From: Antedon mediterranea
Taxonomy: Eukaryota > Animalia > Echinodermata
Reading direction: 5' to 3'
DNA: 64,000 nt
NCBI RefSeq assembly: GCF_964355755.1
Contig: NC_092675.1
Span: 25,516,912-25,580,911, forward strand
Shown here one piece after another: positions 35,601-50,600 of the stretch. Numbering within the stretch: position 1 is the stretch's first letter; each line of letters begins with the position of its first letter. The translations under genes and the position numbers were made by a program. The notes under the pieces were generated by a model that was not told where the DNA came from, ran no database searches, and saw only the letters and a list, made by a program, of their open reading frames with translations.

Positions 35601-38600
35601 TATACTGCCCTGTATCATATAATTTTATGTTTACGCTTTTGAGACAATATGCCAAATAACGTTTGCTCATTACAAGAAAAATGACAATAAAACTTGGCAA
35701 TCAAAGTATAAACTTACGTTTCTTTTGGTAAATGAATCCATAATTCATTGAAGTTGTTTACTTTTGGTTGTGGTGTTGTCTTTACCCTGGTTCGATCATT
35801 ATTAAAATGTTTCCTTCTTATTCGTCTTTTGTTTGTTCCGTGTCTTCTGGTGGAGCTGTCATCCTTTGGCTTTCTCCTTCTGAAACATTACAAAATTTAA
35901 AAAAATTAATTTAAATGTTATAACAAACTTGTTTTATCAATTTAACTTATAAAAATATCTATCACTTTTTTCAAATTTGCTTTTAAAACAAATTTTAGAA
36001 ACCGAAAAAAATGCACTATTGTATGCTTTCCATACAAGAGCGAATATCTGTGATTTTTTATATGCACTAAAAATTTCTAAGCGACAACGGATACACATGC
36101 GTATAAGCTGTTGCTTTCGATTCACAAACAATTTCGCCTAGTGGCTTGTGGTAGATTTAGACATCTACTAGGCTTAAATTAAGTATTCTACAGCTGTTTC
36201 TAACAAATTGAAACTCATTTAAATTAAGCAATTACAAATAACCTAACCAGATAGAAACAATTCAACAAGACCAAATCCAAACCAATTATACGTAATTTTG
36301 AAATACCATAATTTGATCTATAGTCCAGGATTACGTCTAATTCATAGTTCATTGTAAAATTCCATATAAATTAACCAATTATAAAGGTATAATTTGACTC
36401 GGATCATTAACATTGTACAGTATATACTGTAGAAAGAGGAATTGTGTTGAATATAGGTCTATCGACCTACTGTATCAGCAGATAAAAATCTAACTACCAA
36501 TGTTCGTATAACAACTTAATAAGTCAAATTAGACAGGGCGGATCAGCTCAAAGGCAAAATTCTTTAGTTAAATTCTGTTGATTTGCATGTTAATATACGC
36601 CCTATAGGTTCATGTACTTCTCGTATGGTTTGTACATTACATAAAATTAAAGTTATTTACAATCATATGGATCCTATTTGACATCTTACTTTGAATATAG
36701 AAAACATGTTAATTATGTTTTTCATACTGTATATCTAATACATCTGTTTATTATTGAACCATAACTATCACACATTTGATATTCACGTTTTGTTGATAAT
36801 TATGGAATGTAATGCGATATAAGTACTCATGATGATTGAATTAATATATTAATGTTTGAAATTATATACAGTAGTATGCCTAGAAAATAACTTTGATCCT
36901 AAAGTAGCTGTCAAAACACGGGATCGCATGGATTCGTTCCTGGAATTTGTGTTATCACTTCAGCCATACATGGTAGTACAGTATATACCATGGTTGAGAA
37001 TTACTAAATGCAGCATTTGATTGTTGCAAATAAATTGGTTTAAAAACCACATTTAAAAAAAAAAAATATTGTTCTAACTTATCTAAAGGAGAGTAAAAAG
37101 TCCACTCCAACTCAAACAGTGTGAGCATTCTTAGGAAAAGACGGAGGACAAAGTTTTGGGTTAGTACTAACTAACTGTAATATACAGTAGTGGTTGATAA
37201 AAATAATAATGATGAATATGACATGAGTGATGATGTAGTAATGAACAACAGGGATGGCAAGACAATGACAATTTTTTTGTATGTTTTACTACAGTACCTG
37301 TACTTTGATTTATTTTCTAGAAGAAATTCTTTAATTCTCATTTACAATTAGGATATTGAAAAATCAAAAAAGATAAGAAGCGTTATGCAGCAGTCTGTAT
37401 AATGATACACAAACATAACCGATTATTGAACTATCCAATACACTGTCATCTGCCTGTGTCATCTTTCACAGTTACACAAGGCCATTACAAAATAAGCCAA
37501 CTAGAACACGATGCGATAAACTAAACTGAATTAATGAAGACGATCAACATTATTGACTTGAAACACATGAATGAATACCGACTGACGACGTCTTGAATTG
37601 CTACAGCGGCCAGCCGGATCAAGTTCATTTGTATGTTGTGCAGTGATTGGCATAATGCACTAGTGGCTTAAGGAATCTAGACCATGGCACACAGCCAACC
37701 TACATACGTATTGCCAGCTACAGTATGTTGTATGCTACTCTATTGCCCTAGAGTAATTCAGTCTGTAACAAACATTGATTATATATTGCATTGCTTTGTA
37801 CATCATAGAATAGACTAATATTCTTCTAAAGGAGACTTTTAAAGTCATTATTTTGTATGTATCTTCCTCACTTCAAAGAGAAAATGACTGTTGATTTTGT
37901 TAGCTTAACTACCTCAAAAACATTTGTCTTTACAGCATAATTAAAATAAATATTTACCTATATGAATAAATACGGACAGATTCTGAATTTGTTATTTTGA
38001 ACTCATACACTTAGATATGATATTATTTAATGTAGATGAATACACTATGTACTTACAGTAGTACATAACATATACATACACATATTGCTAGAAACAAGTC
38101 CACCCAAGAAGTCAGAAAATCAGACACTTGGCATCAGGATGAAATAGTGATAGATTTCATACTGTTATAACAGGTGTATAACAACCAGGTGATAGAGTAT
38201 GTACCTGTAAACCAAGTGAATTTATCTATCTAATAATGTTAACAAGAATAAGAACTCATTACTAAACTCACTGGGTTACTCAATTATAAAGAGACGATGG
38301 TTTCGTTAGTGATATTGTCAACATTGCTGTCAAGCAAGACCACACACATTTAGACAATCTAAACATGAACATTTACTACATGACAAGATACAGTTACTAG
38401 ACCCATCCTTAAAATCCTTGCTTGAAGAATGTATTGTAAGATAACAATTTAGTAGGAGGCTGATGCTAAAAATCTAAAATTATTAACTATCAACCATACC
38501 AGAATGGACAGAATGCAACAAATGTAATGTAAATTGTGATGTTCTTCAGTGTTGATTCCTACTGTATGTTTATATCTAATAATACTGTATGCATTCATGA

Positions 38601-41600
38601 TGTGTTTCATGATCTGTGATTCAGACTCAATAGCAATTTTATAATAAAAGTAATTGCACATTTGTTATACTATTGCATTTGACTCAATATATGAAATACA
38701 GAAAAATAGGCCTACTATACATTAAGGATATCAACATATGTTTCACTAGTCAAGTATGCAGAAGTCAATATTTGCATTATTAAAATTAAATTATTTTATA
38801 GTCATCATCATGTCTTCTTTTATGGTTACTTTAATGTTTACTTTAGCATGTTTGTGAAACCATTGAAAGATAACAAATAGTGTACTGTACTGTACTTTTG
38901 TTAGTAGGAAAATATGACCACATAACCACATCTAGACTAGTAGAATGTTGGTCATTGATGTATTAGGGTCTTGGGCTGTGTTCGTACGTATAAAAAAATA
39001 AGCATGGAACATTGATTACCACCACTGTCTCATCTCTACAAACACACCTTTAAAGATTACTATACATGAAGACCTATTTATTACCAGACCACCCTAAAAA
39101 TAAACAAATTATTCCTTGTAATATCAAAATCTGGAAATACTCTGTCAAGAAACTTTAAACATTTATTTCATGATTAACTCATCTGTTTAGATCTAGTTCA
39201 AAGTCTCTGCTTGCTCGTTTTATCTATTGGTAACTATTTGTTACAGTACTTAGGCCATCTTTTTCTTCTTCTTCTTTTAATAAGGTAGCTTTAAAAACTC
39301 ATCTTTTTAACCTGTATTTTTCTTAATATTCTGGAAGTTTTCATTGTTAAAAGCACAATAATGAGCTATTAATTAAGTTGAATTCTTTCTACACATCAGT
39401 ATTTGTTATATATAAAATTACCTTTGAATGACTTCATCAGCAGGCACATGTTCAATTGTATAACCCTCAGATTTTAGTAGATCAATAACTGTGTGATTTC
39501 CAAGGAAATGACCTGCAAGAAAATAATATTAAAATATAATCTGGTTAAATTTTGATTTACAATAGCACGATATAGACACAGTATATATAATAATAACAAT
39601 TTATCTACTGTATACAAATGTATATGCAATTATGCATACAACAGGTTTTTCATCTCTGAGGGAGGAACAACACTTGAACCTCCAAGACGGTGGTATCACC
39701 CAGGTAAATTGGTTTGCTTAATATCATCCATAAAAAAGTATATTACTACACTATTTACCATTTACACGTAAGGATAAATAATGAGTTGATAATGCATGAT
39801 GAATAAACCTACAGTTAAGCACAGTAATAACAGTTTTTTAATTTTTTTATGCAATATGCAAAGAGGGTTGATGTAAATTCCAGATTTTATTAAATTATAA
39901 AATATGGGAAAGATTAACACACATGTTACTGTAATTATATGTTTTAAGTGTTATCTTAAATATAGCTATAAATTGTATGGTAATCAATTAATTATAAATA
40001 TATATAATAATCCTGTCAGATGCATAAAAAAGCAACCATTTGTCTTTGCACAATTTCAATAGAGGGTCAAATTTGTATTTTGTAAAGAAAGGTTGTGTTA
40101 CTGGTTAGATTAAATGAATATTTTTCAGAATTATCAAAATATTCGTTCAATAAACCACAAGGTGTTAATGAATAATGAGTAATGAATTTTTTATTTTTTA
40201 TCTAAACATAACTTTACTAGTGTTTAAACAATATTGCACGTATCTGATTATCATTTTTCTTGACAATTTCATAAATGACAAGAACAGAATTATGAAAATT
40301 CACAAATAATTTGACAAGCGAAGTTTAAAAGATCATGACAATAATTTGTTAAGAAGATGTGCGTGTTGATTTTTATCTTTTCGAAATATACTGATCGATA
40401 CAAGTTTCCTTACATGTCACAGAAAGCCATCAATTTTAAGCAATATAGGTAAGGTTGTCACATAATCTTCACTCTTCATTTCCGTTTGATAGAGTATATC
40501 TGTCTAACATAATCTTCCTATACTATAATAGTAATACATCAGTATAGTATATAGGCTGTAAGTTTCAGTTAAAATAGACTCGGTTTTATATCAGGAAAGG
40601 TATAACATTATAAAATCTACCTTAATTTTTTTTTTTTTTTGGATTGGCGACATAAAAATATCTACCGGTATGTGTTTTTATGAACAATATAACTTACAGT
40701 GTCTGGATTTCAACTCAAAAATGCTAAATTAAAACAGTGGAAAACGTCAAACGTCCATCAATTTAATAATGCCTAAATTTGCATAAAGTTTGTATGTGTC
40801 ATAACTTTTTTAATTGAAGAATACCTGTTATTACTTCTGTGTAGTCATACAACCATTGAGATGCTAACTCCAATGTACAACAGTACCAATTACATTGACA
40901 ACTGTACTGTAATTTAATTTGATTGATTACTGATAGCAATTTAATTTCATCTGTTTATTTAGGTTAATTGACACACATTTTAAACTGCTGTCAATGTACG
41001 ATATATTCATATACTATGATGACATTATGGTATAAGGTTATTAAAACTTAAAATTACATTTATATCCACAGGTATACAGTATTTTAAATGTTACATTTTA
41101 TTTATTTATTATTTGAACCATATTTAATGAGGATGATCCATCCAGCAATTGCTGATTATTTGGGACCATCAGAACAGGTACAATACACAACATACAACAA
41201 AAAGAGAAAAGTTAAAGAAAAACAAAAGCCTATAAATAAAATAAATTACATTTAATTACATAGTTTTTAATAGTTTCGCCTACAGTAGCTTAATTCATTT
41301 TATTTTTCAAATCTAATTTTATCCGGAAATTGTCAAAATACCATAACTCCAGGATGTGATTTGTATACTATACAGTAGAATATATTACACAAACCAACAT
41401 TTCTTTTAAACTTTTCGAGTTATATCTCACTCTTCGAGGAGAAGGGGCTATTGTTGGTTTATCCAGGTAAGCTAGGCACGAAACAGACTATAATATCCAA
41501 AGCTGCACTTTCCCTTAATCTATTGTTACACACTGGTCAATCCTGGTCAACAGGCTTTTCCTGCCTGGAGTGGGTACGTGTTCCATGTCAATTATACTGT

Positions 41601-44600
41601 CAGTGTCTCAAAAAATATTTACATATGAAGGTAGTTAGTCTTTTAAGTACGGTCAATTATAACCATGGTAACAATTCTATAAGTTATGCCGAGTCAATAA
41701 TTGTTCACAAATCTGTAAAGAGATTAAAGAGTAACACAAACATGAGATGTTTCAATTCTGTCACGTTCTCCCTAATCATTTCCGTTCTATTGGAAACCCG
41801 AAACAAGGCCACTCTACAAAAAAAGAAAACCTACTGTAGAAATATGATAGTGGAATCCATTGGGAAATGGTGTTAATCTAATATTGAAATAATCAAGACA
41901 CAGTTCCAATCTAAATTTAATTTCTATGGATGTTTTCCTCTTGATTGATTTATTCTATTGGTATTTCAAATATATCCAGAGCCTCAAAATACTCAGGCGT
42001 ATTATATGTAACCTCACTGTTAATGTCGGAAGCAATTTTTGCATTATCTACATTAAATGGATTTACTAAAAATAGGCTAAATAGCTTTTATCTGATTTAA
42101 TGGTGACCACAAACAACAGCAATTTAACCAACAACTACAGTTTAATGGCTCAATTTTGCGGTCAAGCCATTTCATATGAAAAATCTGTAGACCTTTAAAC
42201 GATTTGATAAATAACAATAAGCCTATAAAATATCATTGTATGTAAAAGGTATACTGTGCATGAATTTCGACCATCAGCCTTCATAAATCTGATGAGTATA
42301 TCCAAAAACATGATACAGTAGTATGAATCCCAGCATACTACTAAAGTTTATCGATAAAATGTAGTCGTAAAACATAATCGGGCAGATTACCTAACATGAA
42401 GAATTACCACTGTTTGTTGCACAGATAATATCGTACAGACTTGTTATCACAAAATACATAAATTAAATTTAACAAGCAAAGCTTACGATGAGATAAAACC
42501 AGACCGTTTAGAAGAGACCTGATTATGAACAAGTAAAGTTTTTCCAATCACATTCTGCACATGCTCACATTGAAAAGGCCAGCATATATAAGTCAGAAAT
42601 GATCGATTTCTACTGGTTTTTTTTTAAACTTCATTTGCTGATGTGTCTTACTGAGTCTGTTCAGTGATAGATCCTAATAAGGTCTTAAAAAAGATCTTAA
42701 AATTAAGTTTAAACTGCTCCAACACACAAAGAGTACACCTACAGCTACAGATATAGGGTACAAGCAGTCTTTGAGTCAGGCTTCCTCCTACGGTAGAAGA
42801 CTTGATTATTCACAAATTTATTGATTTATCTATTATTCTTTATCATTCTAAAGTTGAAATATTTAGTGTTCAGGGAACTGAAATCAGTCAATAGCACAAC
42901 ATATATTCATCATCATTCCTTCACTTTACAAGTTGGACTGCCAAAAACTACAGAGGGATCATTCTTTAATGTCACTCTCAATAGTTTTTTGTATTGAATA
43001 TACTTAGAAACAGCTGACTGATGAAAAGCATCCTTCATTTCAAAGTACTTCATTAGATTGCCTAATAATTACTGTACCCACATGTTTATGCAATCATATT
43101 GTTGCCGAGTGTATTCTGATTATAGAGTAAATAGACTACTGGATGTACTCGTCGGTCTTCCTTTGAAACCAGCTAAGAGCAAGACTAAATAGATAATTGA
43201 AAAATAGTGCCGATAACGCCTGTATAAACAATACACTTGTGGACATGAAGAGCTGTGCCCCGTTGAACTCAGACTGAGAACACCTTTACCCTATTTCATA
43301 TCATCTACCTAATTCATCACGTCATCTGGTAGGCATAAAGCTATACCTATATTTCTTTTGCTTTTATTCAATTAATATAAAAAGTCTACATAAATGAACA
43401 CAACTTGGTATATCCAGGCATTTGAATTAGTGATGATGTCGCCAATGGTAGATGATGTCGCCAATGATAATGATTAAAGACATACAGCAGTATAACGATA
43501 TAATAATTATTAATAGTCATGATGATTACAATGATTAAGGTTTAATGATGTTCTGAATACATGAAGAAAATAGAAGTTAACTAGTCTGCATTGGACAGAC
43601 CAAACTTCTCCTTGCAGTGCTTATTGAAAATCGTAACGAGTTTACTACAGTACTACTACTGTACTACTAAATTTGAGTAGCTACAGAAGATCTCCTCCTC
43701 TATACCAGGCAAATATGTTATCACCAAACAAAATCCCTTAAAATGTTCCTCCCACACTATTACTAATTCTATAATACATTATTTTTTTCTAACCTACATT
43801 CAATTGATCTATTCCTGTGCCGCCAGTAATTTGATAAAAATATAACACTGTTAATGGACTAATTTCAGCGATTGTTTGCATTAGCAAGCCATTCATCCTA
43901 ACAAATTGATAATTTATCGTTGCATCAATCAAACATGTACAATGATTTAAAGAGAAGATTTCAATAGTACAAATAACTATAGATATGCCAAGGTCGTGGA
44001 AGGGCACTAGTAGATAGGCCAGTTGTAACATGGGTGAAGCGATTACGCCAAGGGTTAAAATGGGAAGTAATCGTGGGAGCCGAACAAAGTACTGTATTGC
44101 ATTGGGGAAAGTATTTGTGAAACAGGGGGTTAACTGAGAATTGATAGTGGAAAATTTAAAATTGTTAATTTGTGAAAAGTTGAGATACAGTACATGGGTT
44201 GTGAGAAGTTGGAAGGGGGAGTGGTGTGTGAATTTTGTGAAAAGTAGATTGTGTGTGTTACTGTAAAGCACACCATATTAATGTAAACTTTTTTTTAAAA
44301 GGCCTTTACCCTAATGCGATGTAGGTAAACTTTTATCACACAATAAAACAAAAATTACTGAAATAGTAGAAGAAATATAATACTTTTCATATGATTCTTT
44401 TTGTTTAGAATTTACAAGCTGCAACATTCAGTTAAATAATTTATGGTAGTCTTTTTAGAAAAAACTGTATATTTTATGAATAAGGAGGTTGGGTTAAAAA
44501 TAAAATATGATAGAAGCATAGGTAAAAGCATTACAGGAATTAGGATAATAAAAAATATTCACTGGACAGACATAATATCAGACTGTTGATTTGTGGGATA

Positions 44601-47600
44601 ATGAAATAGTAGGTCTAATAGTACTAGAGGTAAAATAATTATAAGGCTACTAAAAAATGATTTGCTGACAGATATACACCAGACTGTATATTGATTTGTG
44701 ATAGAAATACTCTACATAGGTCTAGTGTATAATATAACAGAATGGTTTAATAAGTTATTAATGTATAGAGTAGAAAGTTATGGGGACACCTATAGGAACC
44801 CATAAAGTGTCCCCTGAATAGAGGTTAGCAATGCATTAAAAGATATTATGGGGACACCTATAGGAACCCATAAAGTGTCCCCTGAATAGAGGTTAGCAAT
44901 GCATTAAAAGATATTATGGGGACACCTATAGGAACCCATAAAGTGTCCCCTGAATAGAGGTTAGCAATGCATTAAAAGATATTATGGGGACACCTATAGG
45001 AACCCATAAAGTGTCCCCTGAATAGAGGTTAGCAATGCATTAAAAGATATTATAACATGGGTTCAAGGATGTAGCCAATCAGACGCACTGAAATGAGTCA
45101 TGTGTGCACTCTTTACCTTTCACTCTTCTATCATTTCTCCTTGTTAAGGCCCCTGGATTAGAGTGAATTCTGAAGAGGGATGTCCCAAAGGAGACGAGGT
45201 TTCTACTGTGGGACTAATGTACTGTATGGCCTTCCCAACTATACTGCTGACTGGGGATCAAATCCATCTCTGGACAGTACATCTACTCATGAATAAAATA
45301 CTGTAAAATTCTAATTATTAATCAACAATTTATAGATTGATTAAAGATTAAAATAAAATAAAAATATGAATGACAGTAAGGAGTACTGTAAGAACAGTTG
45401 TTATGATACTCAAAGTGAAGAAGACAGGATGTGTCAGAGATATTTTTACTAGATATACAGTATTAAGAATTTCAAGTGGAAAAAAAAATCAGTCTTTTCA
45501 TGGACTTTAAGTCTTCTTAAGTAAGATTTGGGCTTAGCCATGCCGTTTAAGTGCACTTGGCCATCCACAAACCTACTTAATATTAAGATGCAATTTCCAC
45601 TACAACCAAGGTTGATGACTACTGTATTCTTAATATGGTTGTGATTTAGAAGTAGTAATGGATTCAATTTGGGGGATAAAGGTGTTTTTTAAAATACATA
45701 ATATACAGTATTGCAAGGTATCATAAACATAGAGAACCGTTTGATAAAATAACCTTTCAATGTAGTGTACTGTAACATTGACAATATTATTAGTAAATTG
45801 CTTACAGTATCTTTACTCTTTACTACTTTTCCTAAAACAATAATGTATAAATCAAAAATAAAGAGTAAAATTAATTGTACTCTATGGTAAATCAGGTGAA
45901 CAGCAGGGTAGTGTGCATTAGTTGAGGGTGTCCATGGGTGTTGTGTTTGGTGGGTCAGGCAGGTTGTTAAATTTTGTAGTAATTATTCTCTAAATATCCT
46001 GTCAACAACCTGTATCTTTTGGTAATAAATTGTCAAATCAGGTGCTAAATCTATAAACAAAAATACTCATATCTTAATCACCAAGAATAGAAATTAAGGC
46101 CATGTAACAGGTTTGTGGTTTGCTGACAGTTATTGCATCGTTAAAACAGCAGTAATTGATAAAACTGTTTATAGTAATTGCTGCAGGACTTGACACTGTA
46201 CAGTAGTACTCTAACCGCTGTTAAAGGTATAATTGTAGTAGGTCTGCCTATGGAAAGATCAATTAACTTCAAATGTTTTACTCTTCGGAAAAACAATGTC
46301 TTCTAAATCTAGTTTAATTACTGTATATGTTTACTGTATATCAGTATTTAGTTATATTTCCTATTTTATTACTTTTACTACTATTTTTACGCTAACTGTA
46401 GATATTTGTTGAAAGAAATGACCAAATAATATGATGTAAGAAATCAATTTTTCGTTTACAAACAATGTTTTCTTACATCTTGTTTAAGAACCTTTGGTAG
46501 ATCTTTCATATTGCTTAACGAAAGTCTAGAATTTATGTCCTGGTTTACAGAATGTATACTTCAGTTTTACTGTATAGGCAAAACGGAGTAGAAGTCCGAT
46601 GCTACAGTACTTACAGTATAGTGTACAGTTAATGCTAATGGTAAATAATATCAAAATGGATTTTTATGACAATTACTCAGCAATTTTGATGATCTCATAT
46701 TCACAACACATAATTTGTTGTTTGTACATTTGGTTGTAATTTAAGCAGAAAACTATCAACTTATTTCCACATAATTAACACATATGCTTCTCATGTTTAG
46801 GGTGGAGTAAAATCCTTTTTCAATGGCTGTCGTACATATTAATTCTAAGTGAAAAAATAGAAAAACATGACTTGAATATGGTTGTGTTGTGATGATAATA
46901 AAAGAGAGATTAAATATCTTCATTATATACTATAACATCAACATATGAATATGTTAAGTCCAAAGTTTAAAATAAATTATGTTTGAAAAAATGGTGTTGG
47001 ATTTCCACCCACGAATTGGCTGCTAGAACTGGTTGAATGGTTGGCATCAATGAAAGTGTTGCTCAAATTACTATGTTTACAATAAAAATTTAATAATTTG
47101 TAAATAACGTATTTGTGTTTAATAAAGCAAATCAAATTTCATCGAGAGATGAAATATGAGATGAAGTTTTGATGTTATTGTGATGTGTAAATTGGACAGG
47201 CAAACATGTGCACTGAAAAGTTACAAATTAATAATTTACCAGGAGACATGGACAATTTCAGTGAATATGAAATAATTAGTAAACTGAGCAAGAAAATGAT
47301 GGTGGTACGTTGGCATTCTGCGCCCCTGTGAGGGTGTGGCTGGTGGATGAGCCCATTATTGTAGAAGGTTGCTAAAGGAATATTTTTGTATCACAGCTCT
47401 CAGGAGAGGGCAAGCTAATATCATTTACATATTGTAATTTTTTAGTAATAAAATACAACACAGGTTTGTTCCTCAAAATACAAAATCTATTATGTACACA
47501 AACAACAAAGTATACAGAAATACCATTGTTATAAGATTTAGTCAACCAAATAGACAATCTAATATTTAGATGTATTTATTTTAATAACAGTTTCCAATTG

Positions 47601-50600
47601 GAATAAAAGCAATCATACTATATAAATAATAAAGAATAATAATTTTCAAGGTGTTTATAGATGATATTATTTTCATCAACAACAAAAGTCACGTTCCAAT
47701 TCAATATGATCATTTCATCTTCAATAAGTAGATAAATACTCATTATTTATATTTGAAATATTCTCTATAGATTCGGCATTGAAAAATTCCTGACCATTTA
47801 TCTTCAGAGTGTACTCTAGCATTTGTATTTTGATTGCGACGATTGAAGCACAAAATTGAAGGTGAAATTAATGAGTTTAAAGCGGCTGCTACTATAAAAG
47901 GCTAACATCATCATTAATATTTATCCATCAACTACAGTATGTACTGTAGTAGTAATATCCTATTCTTAGATATTGCTTCCTAATGGTCTGTGGTTATATT
48001 TTATGTGCATGTTAAAGTGATATTATGTATATAAAGATTAAAGTGGTACAGTATGTAACATTACCTCTTTAAAGTTAGTTATGCTGTTGTGTGTTTTAGA
48101 GCAATATTGGTAAAGAATTATGAAGTTTAGTCAAGTGTCAAATTGGAAGAATAAACTTTAAAAATGGCCAATGGATTTACTCATTGCCCTGGAAGAATGC
48201 TCCACAAAGCATCCTAATTCTCACTCAATTCGGATATAAATAAATAATAACGGTTTAGTGTAAAGTTAATGAAGCATTCGGTATTGCCTTTATAAAGTAC
48301 CGTTCTTCATTCATTGACCGAAGCATGTCGAGTTTGTAGCCACCTTTCGTAAAGAAAACCATGTTATGATGTGTAACAGGTGAATGATAGATCATCAACT
48401 TGTTTCTGCATCAGTACGGTTTAAAGTGTGACACATATTGAAATAACTATTTTGATACCAACTATGGCATCTCTTCTAACACATAAACAATAATAAACGA
48501 TTTCGTTTTATTTACTATACTTTTAGTATAGGTGTAAAGTAAAGAATATAAAAACCTACTGTACAGTACTGTCTGTCAGTATACACCGTTGGAAATGGGT
48601 ACAGTAACATGTTGGACCCTACCCTACCACTGTTTGAAGACTAAACGGACCCTTATAATCAAACTACTGTACTCAACTACAGTACAGTTATAGTCACTCT
48701 TATCATTTACAGGTTTTACCAATTCTTTCAGTGTATTGATGCCTTCATGATTTAAACTGGAATGAATTGATTAACTGTATAAAAGAACATAAGGATAATC
48801 CAAATTACTTAGATTCACCAGCAGTATTATGTATTAATAGTGGACACATTCTGTTAATCTATTTTGGAGAGTATTCCAAGGATGTCTTTGACAAAAGTCA
48901 CCAGTTATCCTTATTCAACCAGATAACACTTCAATGATAAGCTTTCTCTTGAACAACAATACAAAATATGTCATGGCAGTTTACATGGATTTGTTGAATA
49001 AGCATCAAAGTGTTGCCGACATAAATTTTAGATTCAAGACCATTAGTTGGTGATTTGTAACAACAAAAGTCTCGGACATCAAAACATGTTCCGTTTGTCA
49101 ACTAAAAAGCAATGTTAAAATATTTCAAAAGGAAAATCATTTGATTTGACAACTGTTAGTCATTGCACAATATGGCTTTTTATTCAAATGAATGTAAAAA
49201 ACTGATTGTAATGTACAATCAAACTACCACATGTACAGTAAAGTCAAATCTAGAAGGTTTTCTTTTATTGTTACTTATTATTATATATAGGCCTAGCTGT
49301 ACAGTAACTTCATTTTTCTTTTTTGACAACTGATGAAAAAAATAAATCAATAGTATTAGTATAGTAGTAAAACTGTAATTTAAAAATTACCATTTCATTG
49401 TAAGAGGCCTGCAGTACTATATTAAACCTATAGCACAGTTGTTTTATAGTAAAGACATAAAAAATCTAATCTAATAAAAGAATATAAATGGTTATTAATA
49501 TTGCACCAATGAGATGAGAAAACGTTTTATAAGAAACAATTCAATTTTATAGTGAAGTGAGCAACTATGAAAGTGTGAACATTTAACTTCTTACTGTACT
49601 ATACTACAGTATGAATAGAACATAATCTGATCTATGGTAATGGTTATTAACATTGAGCCAATGACATTAAAAGTTACTACTTAATATGAATGTTTCAGGT
49701 GGTTTTGTACTGTGAGTTCGAAACCTTCCTTTATAAATACCTGTACTGAGATATGTCATTACACTTTTAGTGGAAGTAGAGAAATCATAAATGCCAACTT
49801 GTTGTTGACAGCTGTAGGCAACAAATCACCTTTTTTTAATTCACCACTAATCTGTTCAAATTGGTAAAGATTTATTTGACAACTAAAAAGCAACTCTATT
49901 AAAAGACCACTTGAAAGGAATTTACTTTTATTTTCGATTGAGAGTTAACTTTGTTCTTATGCATGCAAAGCTAATCCGAATCATATCCTAGTTAAGCTCT
50001 GTCTACACTATCAAACTACAGTACGGTAGATTGAAAAAAGTTTGATGTGCGAAAATATAGTAGTGACATGCCCATATGGTAGTGATACGACATCATCATG
50101 TACATACAGTATATGGGCACATCACATTTTTTTGTCACATAATGTTTGATGGTGTACTATAGACAGAGCTTTAAAGTTCATCTGCAGTGAATGCAGATCA
50201 AGCTATAACCAGAATGTAACTCCAGATAGATCATGGAGCAAAACTCCTACATGCCTTGATAGACAGCATTTTATCTCAAAGAGAGAACAGATCCTAGAAA
50301 CATAGCTTTAATACACTAAAGAACTCTATTGAAAGACCATTGGAATGGAGTATGTCCTTTTAAATGCATGCAACAGACATTTAGCTTCAATATCAATCAA
50401 CCATATTTCACTAAACCAAAAGGGTTTAGAAAACTATAAATTGATAATAAAGTGGAAATATGAATATATCTGTTTACTAAAAATCTAGTACAGTACTTTT
50501 AGTAGTATCGTAATAATTTGTAGTAGTATCACAATAAACTAAATAACTATATCATGTTATAAATCAGAAAGCTAAACATAGAAAATATGACAGATAAGTA

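Noticed and set aside
43789-44271. 160-aa ORF in a Tiki intron; likewise 41451-41876 and 62904-63197
   Set aside because: No domain-like features, no fitting splice context, and at least 43789-44271 and 41451-41876 open at non-ATG codons.
44778-45053. CRISPR-like array of palindromic repeats
   Set aside because: Units are identical end to end with no unique spacers, there are no cas genes, and the context is a eukaryotic intron.
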